From the human T2T-CHM13v2.0 reference genome, Homo sapiens: a stretch of DNA of 64,000 bases. A program made the translations under genes and the position numbers. Each line of letters begins with the position of its first letter. Position 1 is the first letter of the stretch. The stretch lies in assembly GCF_009914755.1 (NCBI RefSeq), contig NC_060947.1; one strand, given 5' to 3'. The notes under the pieces are model-generated. The model was not told the origin of the DNA. It did no database searches and saw only the letters and a program-made list of their open reading frames with translations. Below, in pieces: positions 27,641 through 43,042 of this stretch.

Positions 27641-27809
27641 TAAATTTCCCATCTCAATGAAGGATCCATCACCTAATTAGTTATAGAAGCCAAAAATCTG
27701 AGTGTCATTCTTTTTGCCTCATAACATCTTACCCATCCCCCATCAGTTATGATTCTACTCAATTTCTCTTCAAATAGTTTCCTTATTCTTCACACAATCA
27801 CAGTCGGCC

Positions 27810-27988
27810 CAGTGGTGTGGTGGAGTAAGAGATGATAGTGCACATCTAGTTCCTCCTGACTCAGCATTCAGTGACAGCACACTGGGAGCTGGAACTTGGC
27901 CATGCTGGAAGTATCACCAAACCATACAAATCAGGATTTCTGTGTATGTGTGTGAGTCAACTGTTAAACATTCACCAGCACACCAATG
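27810..27988 (-). mobile_element. MER63A-like MITE
   Basis: Terminal inverted repeats cagtggtgtggtgg...ccagcacaccaatg. Confidence 0.75.
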
Positions 27989-28284
27989 CTTCCGGCTCTC
28001 ATGATTTTGCCTCTAAATTACTGCAAAGCATCCTAATTGCCTATTTCTACCACTTTTCTTAGACCACTGTAATCCATTCTTCTTACTGGTACCAGAAAAA
28101 AAAAATGTTTCTAAAATGCGAATCTCATCACATCACCACCCTCCATATTAAAATAATTCAGCGGTTCTTCATTTCCCTTAGGTTAAAAGCCTAAATTCTT
28201 AGCATGGCATACATGGCCTATACTAGACTAGATACTATTAGTGTCCCATCCTTATCCTCTTAGCACTCATCTTTCTTATACATG

Positions 28285-28635
28285 CCACCAGCTTGTTACC
28301 ACAAGCACATGTACGTCTCTGCCTCAGGGCTTTTTCTAGCCTCAGGGGAATGCCCCCAGTGTCAGGGAGTTACTCTCCTGGGAGCAGGCCTCACCCAAAA
28401 ATAGATGGGAGTTGGGTGGATATAGATCCCAGTTCCCATTTGTCAAGTGAGATAACTCAGAGACACACAGTCTCTCCAGAGGTCCCCAGTGGATAGATGC
28501 CCAGTTGCCCACAGTTGTAATCTGCTTTCACTTCCCCTCTTCTAACAGTGCTTCCTGCAATCACCTCCCAAATGAACCACTGACCTTAAAGTTTTTATCT
28601 CAGGGCCTGTTTCTGGAGAAACCCAACTGAAGACA
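28285..28635 (+). mobile_element. LTR16-like ERVL solo LTR
   Basis: tcacctcccaaatgaacc...tctcagggcctgtttctggagaaacccaactgaagaca. Confidence 0.75.
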
Positions 28636-30514
28636 TGGCCTTTCAATGTCTACCTGTTCTCCACTTCAGCCTTGTCATGCTTCCCTTCTCCCTTTAAGCT
28701 CTAGCTATACAGAACGTTACTTATAGTTCTCCAAAGGGAAAATGGGGTCTCACCCTTTGTTTCTTTGCATAAGCTGCTCATTTTATCTGGAATAATCAAC
28801 CTTAATTCCACCTTTCTTCATCCAGGGAACTCAAGCCTGTCTTTCCAAACACAGCTCTGTATCTATCTTTTTCCTGATCACTACCATCCCCTCCCCCAAG
28901 TATGGGGCTCTTACTTGTTCTTATGTCTCCCGGTGCTTACAAGGCTGCTCCGCAATGGATTGTGGGTACCTCTGGGCTCTTCTCCAGCTATATACACAAG
29001 CCCTCATCCTACTCCCACACCTGGCATGGCCATGACAAATACGATCAAGTTAATAAAGCTTTGTTAAAGGAATATATTTTACATGACCTATTGTCCCTTA
29101 TGTTCTCATCCTTGGAGAAAATATTCAATAAGGAGTTTACCATCTAGGTTGAGAGATAAAAAAAAAAAAAAAAAAAAAACCTGTTTTCTTGTATTTCCCA
29201 GTGATTATAATAATTACAAGTATTATCAAAAAACAAGCTATTTGCATAAATATAGCTAAACACCTCTTTTGGTTCAGCACTGTTAATATGTTTCACCAAG
29301 ATCCTTAGTTTTCTAGCCCTGATGTTTTCTTATTATCTCTGCATTTCAGTGTTGCCTTCCAGGCTCTGCAATTAAGCAAATTCTTTAAAATTTTAAGTAA
29401 ATAAGCTTTCACCATTTTAAAGTGGCAAAACATGCAGGAGCACCATTTAATCCGCTGATTCTTCCTTTGGAAGGGGTTTCTCAGCTGTGGCTGACAGTTT
29501 TGTGACTGCAAATCATCCTTGTCCAGAAGGGTTGGGCTTTCTGTTACTCGTACCACAGTACTCTGCGTCCTCTGCAGAATATACTTATTTGCAGCGTTTC
29601 AGCAGGGAGACCCTGGGAGGATGAGTCATCGTCCTTATCCAGAGAGTTGCCCTTGAGGCCACACTGAGAAACTGTTCTCTCTCTTAACTGTATAGAACAG
29701 GCTCAGATCAGAAAGAAAGTGTTCTGTTTACAGAAAGGTTTCCCACCTAGGCAGGAAATGATACTTCAGAAATGCTGAACAATAAATGCAAACGGGATAT
29801 AATGTCATTTCTTGGACCCAAATGCATTTCAAGGCAATGAATCCCATCCAAACACACCGAGCACTCACTGCATCTAAAACTCTGTAGTAAATTCCAGGGA
29901 AGACAGAGACTACAAGACAAGGTCCCTGAACCCAGCCCCTAAATTATTTGTTTAACATTTTGAATATATTTAAGTATCTGTGGGAGATAATTTATATCAA
30001 ATAACTAGTTATAAAGGCATAGCACTATCATGTTTGTATATAAGTGAACAAATGTGTGAATGCTTGAATTTATCTCTGGATTCTATATTCATAACTGATT
30101 GGTATGCTAGTCAAAACCTTTTGGAAGCACGTTTTCAGGAACCCCCATTCTCATATCTCCTTCCTGTTATCATTATCGGCACTAATGACATTGAGATAAC
30201 CAGTGAATTACACAGGGGAAACAGAAATCAGGCACAGAAGGCCAAGATGAGGCTAAGAGATAAGCTGATGAGGAATTAGATGCAAGAGGTGGGCATATGA
30301 CAGGCATGAGGCTTGACTTTGGATTCCAAGACGCTGGGGCAGCAGAGCAGACCAGGGTGGTAGGCAGGCATCAAGGATATGAGGTTCAGAAAGTCCAAGC
30401 AGGTGTGGTAATCTAAGCAAGTCATAAAGCTTAGAGCAGCCAAATGCACCACAATCCAGTAAGCATAAGAAGCCTAAGAGGAAGGGATACAGTAAAGGAG
30501 CTTGTGGAAAGCTT

Positions 30515-30915
30515 ACAGCAGTATGGATGGGACTCTGGGAGTGAACCAAAACTCTGGAGCCAGACCTCCTAGGTTCAAACCCTTATTCTACCAACTACCA
30601 GGTCTAATATTCTACCAACTAATATGTCTCTATCTCAGGTTTCTCATCTGTAAATGAGGACAAAACAGTGTTATTGCCTCAATTCCACCCGCCAACACTA
30701 TATGTGCCTCAAAGAAAGGAAAAAAACCCATTAACAACCAAAAGTGTAAAATGCTATTGATCGATCCCTTTGAGATGTAAAAATTAGATAAAAAGAAGTG
30801 TTTAAGAATGGATGTAACAAGGGAGTATAGGAGCTTTTTATCACATAGGGCTGCTAGGAAAATCACATAAGTTAATGTATGAAAAGCACTTAAAATAGCA
30901 CCTGGTAGCAGGTGA
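30515..30915 (+). mobile_element. MIR (interrupted)
   Basis: actctggagccagacctcctaggttcaaacc...tctcaggtttctcatctgtaaatgagg...atgtatgaaaagcacttaaaatagcacctgg. Confidence 0.7.
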
Positions 30916-32020
30916 AGTTCCTTGCAGCCCCATGGATGTGGGGTGGTGGGAAATGTTTTAATTGTAACATTTTGGTGTCTGAACTTAGAGGCTTCCCCTA
31001 TTTTACTTCCTGTTTTTGTTTTCTGTCCCCATCCACAAATATGACACCTTAAAAACTCAAAACCAGTGTGCCAGAATGAGCCGATCCTCTCATTGCAAAG
31101 GTGGTTTCTGATCTCCAGTTAGACTCAGAGCTGAGGAGACATATGGATATGTCAATTCGTGTGCTTGTGGTGATTATTTCACATTGTACATGTATATCAA
31201 ATCATCAAATTGTGCACCTTAAATGTATACAGTGTAAATTGTAAAATATAGGTCAATTTTAAAAATAAAATTAAAAATTGGCTTCACTATTTTACCTACA
31301 TCTCTGTGTTCCCATCTTCACTAAATGTATGCATGACAATTTCTTACTATTTGTCACATCTTTGGTACTTTTAAGAATTTTTTTCATAAACTCTGATGGC
31401 ATTTTTTAATTTATTTAAAGAGAGTCCAGTCCAATTTCACTGGTGAACTCTTTAAAATACTTTTTTAAAACAGATAATCCCCAAGATCTATAAACTGTTT
31501 CAAATGACAGAAAAAAATAGGTAACTACCTAGTTCATATTGGGAAGCTAAATAACTGTCATACCTGACAAAGGTGGCACAAAAAGGAAATGTAGAACCCA
31601 ATCCTATTTATGAAAATTAGAACAAAAATTCCACATCAAGTACTAGCAAAAAATTTCATTAACTATTTCAACCTTCCACAACATGACGAGTAGAGTTTTC
31701 ATTAGAATGTGCATATGACTTAAGACAAATATTAAATATATATCATATCAAAAATCAAAGAAGCATAAACTATCTGTGTCAAAGATGCATTTAATAAAAT
31801 TCAGTAGCAATTTCTAAGATATTTTTTGTCAAGTATAAATGAGAAGACTGTGACTTCACTTTGGTTGAAATGAAAAATGTCAATTATCAATAAACATACA
31901 CAAAAACATTAATTCCTAAGTAGAACAAAAATGCCTCTTTTAACTATATTCTTACTTTTTCAGTGATCTGGAACTGTTGGGCGAGGCAATAAAACAAGAA
32001 ACAATATTAATATCATTTAG

Positions 32021-32344
<324 letters not shown>

Positions 32345-32739
32345 AAAATTTTCTTATAAAACTCAAGATAATCCACTGAAAAATTCTTAAAATCAATCAA
32401 GATTTAGTAAACTCACAAAATAAAAAAAAATAGAAAGTATAAAGTGTTCTATTTATCAAAAAAAAAGCTATATGATAATGAATAACAACAAAATATGTAC
32501 AAATACCTCAGATAATAATCTTGAGTATATGTACTCTAGAGAGCCAGGAAAAAATACTTGCATAAATGGAGATACATACTACGATCCACCTGTAAAGAGT
32601 GAATCATTAAAATAAGTCAATCACTTCAAGTTAATTTATGAGCTTAAGTAATACACAAAACAGATTCTATTATTAATAGAACAAATCTCAAATGGAAGAA
32701 TATTCTTTTAACTTTTTTTGTAAAAGGATAATAGTTTTC

Positions 32740-33788
<1,049 letters not shown>

Positions 33789-33893
33789 AACATATTATAA
33801 AACTGCAACAATTTAAATGGCATGTCCAGCTCATAATAGGCATTATGTAGACATTTGTTTAACAAATACAGCATGAAACAATATATAGATCAA

Positions 33894-34248
<355 letters not shown>

Positions 34249-34554
34249 CTAGAATGTATGAGAATGTAGTTTCTTTTTTTTTAAAAAAAAGGAAATTTTA
34301 ACAAGCAGTGAAAAAGGGATATATGCTCAAAAGTGAGTGGAAAGTTTTCATATTTTTAAAATTTCAAATAAGAACTTTATCTTATACCATCCATCAAAAG
34401 AAATTATACATAAAGTGTTAAATATAAAAAGAAAGCAAAAACGATCAACAAAAAAGTTAAAAAATACATATTTATTTTAAAATCTAGACGGCTCGCAAGC
34501 CCCAAACGATCACAGTACTCACAAATGCAGACTGACTTGGAGGAGATACAACTG

Positions 34555-34800
34555 AAGTAGATAGCACGGTGGGTAAGGACATGGGTTCCAGATCAGACCT
34601 CCCATATCCCAGCTCGGCCACATGCTAGATGTGTGGCCTTAAGTAAATTAATTCTCTATGCCTAAATTTCCTTCTCGTTGGGATTTAATGAGTTTCCATT
34701 TTATAGATTTGTCGTGAAGATTGAGTTAATATTTTAAAGTGTTTAGAAAAATGCTTAGCACAGAAGAAGTACTGTAGACATTATTCTAAATATATATGAA
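34555..34800 (+). mobile_element. MIR
   Basis: atagcacggtgggtaaggacatggg...tcccagctcggccacatgctagatgtgtggccttaagtaa. Confidence 0.75.
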
Positions 34801-34984
34801 AATAATAAACATCTATATCTAACAAAGACCATGGATGAAATGAAAAATCAGCCTGAGAAATATTTGAAATATTTGTCAGAAATGGATTTTCTTAATTTAT
34901 AAAGAGTTTTTGCAAGTTATTAAGAAAACTCTTAATCAGAATCAAGAAGTAGCCAAAGTCTCACAAATAATAAAAAGATAGAAG

Positions 34985-35387
34985 CCCTGAGTTGCTTTGG
35001 GGGCTTTTCAGCGTCAGGAATGCAGGCTGCTTCTATTTTTCTGCTCCACTATTGACCTTTCCCAAGGTCACACCATGGTGCACAACAGTTAGAGCTGCAG
35101 CCATTATGCTTTCACTTTAGCCAGTAAGAATGAGGAATGGGCAAAAGATCTCATTTCCCTCCTTGAAAGGGGAATATTCTCCTTTCTCCCTATAATTCTC
35201 CCCATTCTCGCTAGAATTTGCAAATGTCATATTTTCCGGCATCATATGACCACACTCAACTGCACGGGAATATGAGAAATGCTGTGTTTGTTCCCTGCGC
35301 CTACATCCTTAGCTAAAAACTGGAGATTTTATTACTAAGTAAGGATGAAGAACAGCCATTAGCCAAGAAATGGTAGTCCCTAGTACA
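34985..35387 (-). mobile_element. Old MaLR LTR (MLT1I/J-like)
   Basis: atcatatgaccacactcaactgcacgggaatatgagaaatg antisense MLT1 motif. Confidence 0.6.
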
Positions 35388-35859
35388 AACTCAGTGTTAT
35401 CTGGCATGAATCAGGTAACGGCCAGTAGTAAAAGATACATGGCAGTAAAACTGCCGGTCTCACAGACTGCTTTTATGACTATTATATGGTATAAGCTTTT
35501 TTAAAGGCAAATTTTAATTTTTTTTAAGTTTAAAAATAGGCTTACATTTTAACCCGGGAATTACGTTTTACAAAAATATACTGTGGAAATAATGGGAGAT
35601 TCAATGAGAAATTAACATACATGGATATACGAGGGTATTTACTACAAAACTAGAGTAGTGAAAGGTGAAAAATAATCCTAACTGTTCTACAGTAAATGAG
35701 AGCATACCCATAAAAGGGAACATTGTGATGCCATTGTAGATCAGGGAGAGGGAGGGGAAGGGGAAGAACTGAAATAGGGAAAGGGAGGGGGAAAATAGGG
35801 AAGGGGAGGAGGAGACAAAAAATACCAAATTAGTGTGATGCCTGTTTTATAAATTTAAA

Positions 35860-36402
<543 letters not shown>

Positions 36403-37217
36403 TAGGTTTAACTCGAAGTTTGTAGTTTTCTCATGTCCTGACTGAAGAGACAGATGATAAAGTGAGGGAAGATGCAACAAAATGTCAACTCTGGTAACCT
36501 TGGTGATAATTTCACTAGGTATTTATTTTCTTCCTTATTCTTCTGTAAATGTCTAAAAATTTTATATGATGACTAGTTATTTTAATAATGAGTACAATAA
36601 AAGAAAACTCAAGTGTTACCAGCTTGTACTATATCAACCCATGTTGCAGGCTGAGATTTGACTTGTTTATAAATTTGAACTTATGCATAATTTATTAGAC
36701 ATTATCTAAAGAAATGTTAGCTGTTCTCTTGTTTGCCCATGGGAACAGGGAAAAAATATCTCCCACTTCATTGTTAAGTTATGCTCCTGATTTTCTCATC
36801 AAAATGCCTGACAGATAATAACTGTGGCTATTCATAGACACATGAATTTACTATACTAATATCCAGTGTCCTGAATGTAGGACAGTTGCAGTATAAGATG
36901 AATGACACATTAATGAGTTTTTCTTCCAAGTAGCTGGCATCAGGTCCTGTAAATAATATCTTTTTTCGCACAAAGGAGAACACATAGTAGGCATATGATA
37001 CATATATGCAGAGTAGAATAAATAAAGCCCGCTCAATTTCAACATAGGATTTGTGCCATGCTGCATAATTTAACATGGCAGTAGTATTTCATTCCACAAA
37101 TATTTTGGAGCATAGACTCTGCGTGAGGTGTGATACCAGGGTTGGAGCTCCAGCAATGAAACAAAGCAGACAAGGTCTCTGACTTCATAGGGCTTGTCAG
37201 CAATTAATACCCTAGAG

Positions 37218-37442
37218 AAGGGATAAGTAAGCTATGGCATGCAGGCACATTTTAGCACAACGTCTGTTTTTGTACCTCTCATGAACTAAGAATGGATTTT
37301 ACATTGTTAAATGGCTGGGGAAAAATCAAGAGAAGAGTAATAATTCATAAAACATGAAAAATATATGAAGTTCAAATCCAGTATCCGCAAATAAAGCTTT
37401 ATCTCCTCAAGTATTTGCAGAAAACAATTGATGAACCCTACC
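37218..37442 (+). mobile_element. MER58B-like MITE
   Basis: ctgtttttgtac...ctaagaatggattttacatt...aatatatgaagttcaaat...aaataaagcttta. Confidence 0.7.
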
Positions 37443-37563
37443 CATAGAGGTATCTATTTTAATTGAAGACCTATGAGGACTGAGACTTTGGAATTTTCAC
37501 TAAACGGCATGTTAACCCCGCTTCTCAGATTTTGCTAGTAATTAAAATAGATACTGCTAGGGG

Positions 37564-37711
37564 AGGGGTCATCAAACATTTTCTATAAAGAGCCAGATAG
37601 TAAATATTTGAGGCTTTGCAGGCCACGTATTCTCTGCTGCAACTACTAAACTTTGTCTCGGACAATATGTAAACAAATGGATGTGGCTGTGTTCCAATAA
37701 AACTTTATTTG
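37564..37711 (-). mobile_element. MER58A-like MITE
   Basis: gccagatagtaaatatttgaggctttgcaggcca...gtggctgtgttccaataaaactttattt. Confidence 0.8.
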
Positions 37712-38142
37712 TTAAAGTTCATTTCTCAATTGTCTATGGTTGTGTAGCTAAATTATGGTTAATGGAATGTCACTGTGCTTTCCTAGCGGAGCTCAGGTAA
37801 ACCATTTTGCCAGAGTGAAAAGGGACTGCAGCTGTTTATTTGCTACTATTAGCTATTTGTCAAGTGAATGTTAGAGAAAAACTAATATTTGTGTCTGAGT
37901 TCTGTTCAGAGAAAAGGAAAAAAGACAAACTAATATAAACACTATTGTCTTCTGAAATAACATCTTTGCATTCTTAATAAGAATGGAATATTGCTAAGCA
38001 TCTGGTTTTATATCTTCTGATTAAACATTACTGATACAAAGATGATTAAAGGCTCTCTGAACATACTGCCCAAAATTTTGAATCTTGGTTATGTCTTGTA
38101 AATACTGTGGTTAAAAGGCAAAAACTACATAAATATATCTAC

Positions 38143-38770
38143 ATACCAAATGTTGACAAGGGCATGAATAACTAGAACCCTCATGCACTGCTGGTAAGAG
38201 TGTAAGTCGGTAAAACCACTTTGAAAAACAGCTGGTCAACATCTATCAAAGCTTAATATATGTATTCCCTATGATTTAATAATTCTGCTTTATGTCCTCA
38301 ACAGAAATGTATGCATATTACATATCGAAAGACTTCTATAGGCATTTTTATTGCAGCAATATTCTTAAAAACTCAAAACTAGAACAAACCTCAATATTCA
38401 TCAACAGTAGAATGAAAAATAAATTGTGGTATATTTATTACAATGAAATATACACAGCAATGAGAATTTTAAGAAAAACAACAACAACATTGCACTCAAC
38501 AATATGTTTGAATCTCATAAGTATAATATTAAGGAAAACAAGCCAAACACAAAGAGAGCAAACTCTACAAAGTTTTAAAAAGATAAAAGTTATCCAGGCT
38601 GCTTAAAGGGGTTAGTTACCTGGATGAGGGGAACAGTGGCTGCAAGGGGGCACAATGGGGGCTTCTGGGTGCTGATAATGCTCCCTGTTTACTGACCTAG
38701 GTGCTGGTTACATGGTATGTTCAATTTGTGAAAATTCATCTGTATACCTATGGTTTGTGCACTTTGGACT
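38143..38770 (+). mobile_element. L1ME/MC 3' end
   Basis: accaaatgttgacaagg...aaataaattgtggtatatt...ggtgctggttacatgg. Confidence 0.8.
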
Positions 38771-39298
38771 TATCTGAGAAGGCTCTTGCTACTTTAGAAA
38801 AAATGCAATCAATCCAATCAATTTTAAAATCCCAAAATATACAGAGTTAGTAGATATGCTACTTTTGATGTGATAGAAATGGATATGCCTGAAATAGCAA
38901 GACATTCCATTTACGATGATATATCTACACGAACATAGAGCCCACGAGTAGATCCCTCTGACACAATGATAGGAAGGACCCATGTAAGGACTCCCTCCCT
39001 GCCCCGAACCTATATGCTACCTTATGAACTGAGGAAGCCTTGAGTCAAAGGGTCCTTTCTTTTAGGCTAGCAATAATCCTGCAAGGAGGTACTCTATTCC
39101 CATCACAGTTTTAAGATTTGTTTAGAGAAGAAATCAGTTATTCCTTTATACTGAGATTTTTTCTGCCTAGTTGTCATCAGAAAGTTCATGTGGCCTGTCT
39201 TTGGGTTATTCCAGTTTACACAGGAGTTTAAGAAGGACAGGCCAGGACAAAACTGAGAACATCTCTAATGTAACTCTCTGTACCGCTAATGTTTATAC

Positions 39299-39301
<3 letters not shown>

Positions 39302-39341
<40 letters not shown>
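39302..39341. repeat. (AC)20 microsatellite
   Basis: Perfect run. Confidence 0.98.
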
Positions 39342-39342
<1 letters not shown>

Positions 39343-39887
39343 GCTTACCTCAAGCCTGAGGCCATTCTCAATGAGACATTACTGGGAACAAACTCTAATT
39401 CCAATAATGTTCATGAGATTGTGCTCTAAAGTCTTAATTGTCAAGAAAGCTGGAATTCGTCCTGTCCTACTTATATCTGTAACTTCAGTATCTAGCAAAG
39501 TGCCAGACGCATAACAAGAAGTGGCTAAGTGAAATATTTTATCATTTTAAAAATTATGCTTTGGAAAACTAATAATTAAGGAAAATATTCACAACATAAA
39601 ACTAACTAAAACAAACCAGGGTAAAAAACTGTAACTATATACACATACACACACATAGACACACACCACAGCTTTAAAACCAACAAAAAGCATATGCAAG
39701 TATCAAAGGGAGGAAGTAGTAAAAATGATTAATTTAAAAAGTATAGAAATTATTGGTGACTTATTCACTTGTTCTTGCTTCTTCATAGTTTCCAAATTTG
39801 TAATAATTAATATGTATTACTTTTAAAACTAGTGAAACAATTTAGAAAGCACAAAAATTCGAAGGACTCATAGAAACACCAACAAAA

Positions 39888-40400
<513 letters not shown>

Positions 40401-40423
40401 TTATTTCTTCACTTCAGATATCT

Positions 40424-40547
40424 TTTTTTTAGATTTCAACTTTTAAGTATGGAGGTACATGTGCAGATTTGTTACATGGGAATATCGCATGATGCGGAGA
40501 TTTGGAATACGGATCGGGTATTACGCTAACTGCCTGGGTGATGGGAA
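40424..40547 (-). mobile_element. Mini L1PB-like 3' end with short inverted segment
   Basis: Antisense 3' end 40424-40515, then sense gggtattacgctaactgcctgggtgatggga; TSD cacttcagatatct (40410-40423) / cactttagatttct (40548-40561). Confidence 0.75.
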
Positions 40548-41176
40548 CACTTTAGATTTCTGAGGCTCAGCTTACTACGTGGGGAGGAGTGGTCAGGCTT
40601 TATAACACCCCTAGTTTGCTGCCTTTCCTGAATTCACATAGTCTGTCTACTTCTTATCTCCTAGACCAAATAGGCTTCTGCTCAAATTTTCTCTGCCTCG
40701 AGTTTTCTTTTCTTCTGGAGGCAACTTCTGAGCACCAGCTCTCCTCGGGCCCTATGTCACCCCCAGTTCTTAGCCAACTCAGCCAGTCTCTACAAAATGA
40801 CTCACACATGATCTAAAGAAGCCACTTATTCCATAATATTTTAAATAAATACCCCCCATACCACAGATTAAAGGATGATTAAGAGATGCTTCATGTCCTC
40901 AGAATGCATGTTTATTAGGAAAAACAGCATAACAGGCTTTAAGGCAGGCTTTGGGGAAGCAGAAAGATGTGGAAAAAAAAAAAAAAAAAAAAAGAGATGA
41001 GAGGCCACCAAAGAGAACATGTTCATTTTTACAGTCTGAGAGGCCCTACAGCCAGAGCAGTTCAAGATTGCTAGACCTTAGAAGAAGCCTCAGAGATCAC
41101 TGACGGCCTCCTGTTTCACTCAAAAGGATACAGAGGACCAGAGAGTTTAATGGATTTCCTCCCAAATATGTAGACA

Positions 41177-41336
41177 GCACTGTTACCTGCTCACCTACAA
41201 AATTGCAGGTGCATTTCCTTTATTTCTTCACTTCAGATATCTTTTTTAAAATTTCAGCTTTTAAATATGGAGGTACATGTGCAGATTTATTACATGGAAA
41301 TATTGCATGATGCTGAGATTTGGAATACAGATCGGG
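41177..41336 (+). repeat. Direct copy of 40358-40518 (~90% identical)
   Basis: Manual alignment; about 16 differences over 160 bp. Confidence 0.92.
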
Positions 41337-41819
41337 ATTTCTATGTCCTGTATAGGAAAATGTGCAATGCCGATATGGTACTATACATTTTCTATGTCCA
41401 TATATTTTCCATACCCTTGCATCTTCCATGACAACTATGTGTTTAGGACTTTGGGATTTTTACAGACAGGTACAATTATAAACACAAAACCGCTGATTGC
41501 TGAGTATACTTGCCAACCTATCATTTTGCTGAGTAATTTTATTTTAAAAAAGGCAAAAAAAAGAAAATTCCATCTACCGTGAACATCATTTTATAAGAGA
41601 CATAACCAGAGAAAAGGACGTTCATTTAAATGGTAGAAATGTGAACCAGTGTTGGGGACCCCACTGACTCTCTCTACACTGCCCCAGTTTATCAGCCAGC
41701 TGCTACACAAATGGGTTCACATGAATACTAAGACCTAGGTATACTGGTTTTACCTACATGGGCTCATCTTAATATCCAGTAGGAAATTACATTGACCGTC
41801 CATGTCTGTTTCCAACCAA

Positions 41820-42176
41820 CGTCTTTGTTTGGGTTCTCAAAAGCAGACACACAGCCAAAGCTTTGAATACTAATAGTGTATTTGGGAGACGAGTGGTGGA
41901 ATAAGGCAGGGAAGGGAAAGAAGCAACTACAGTGTGTACTGTGAGCAACTGGCTCAACATGGAACTGCTGGGGACCTCTAGGCAATACCTCAGATATTTA
42001 ATGATCACCTCCACATCCATCATTGGTGAAGCACTGCTCCCAGGAGCATCTAACTCCCTAGCACTATTGGCCTGCTCCTGTAACCACAGAAAGTCTTCAG
42101 GCAAAGAGACACAACTGTTTGTGTGAGTCTCCTGTCACAGAGAGTGCTGGGGGGACATGATGTGGCACCAACAACA
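41820..42176 (-). mobile_element. LTR16-like ERVL solo LTR
   Basis: gtctttgtttgggttctcaaaagcagac...tatttgggag...ggcagggaagggaaagaagc. Confidence 0.65.
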
Positions 42177-43002
42177 TTAATATTGAGACTATTTCTTTTT
42201 TAATGCTACTATTGGGTGGATAATTTGTATGTTTTAACAAATAAGACCATTTTTTTTATTCCCTGAGTTTTCAAAAGGCATTCTAGACACTTTGTGATCT
42301 CTTTTTTAGTAAGAACTTGACACATCCAGGAGAAAATAAGAGTGAGAACTAAGGAGGTCTCTAGAGCACAGACGGTGATGGGACTGACTTATGTTGGCTT
42401 TTGCCTACTTAGGCAGTTAGATAATAGAAAAAAAAACACTTAGGACATAAGAGATTTAGGGACTGTCAGATGAGTGTGTCAAAAAAAGTTGAATTTATTT
42501 CCCCTTCCTAATAAGCTAAAATTAGTCACTACTGAATAAATCAAAAAGGCTACTGGCACCTTATTTCAGAAACTTGCCAAATTCTGATGCATAAGACTTT
42601 GTTGTTTGTGCTTTATGTTAACTCTGGATTCCTATCTGGTTATAACAAAGCTTTAGCATGATGTCTTTTCATATCTATAACCATACAGAGAGCCATATTA
42701 AGACATAAGGAAAAACAGGGTTAAGATTTATTGGACCAGGCCCTGTGAGAAGATTTAGATATTCCTTTATTTGCTGAAAATCTATCATTCCTGGCACTGT
42801 GTATAGGCTCAAGATTCAAAGATCAGGAAGATGTTTTCCTGCCCTCAAGGAGCTCACAGTGTAATAGACACAAAATCTGAATACAAACTGAATACAAAGT
42901 GGAAAATTAGGAATTGGAGTACCCACTGTTGCCAAATCAAGCCAAGGGTTTGGAAACTGGAAATCCAGCTGAGGAGTAGGAAAAGACAAGTCTCAGTGTC
43001 CA

Positions 43003-43042
43003 AAAACAAAAAACAAAAAACAAAAAAAAACAAACAAAAAAA
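43003..43042. repeat. A-rich (A3-8C)n simple repeat
   Basis: Directly visible. Confidence 0.85.

Larger units (their letters stand above)
27640..28940 (+). mobile_element. L2, interrupted by MER63A and LTR16
   Basis: aagccaaaaatctgagtgtcattc...tttctaaaatgcgaatctcatca...aattcttagcatggcatac. Confidence 0.65.
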
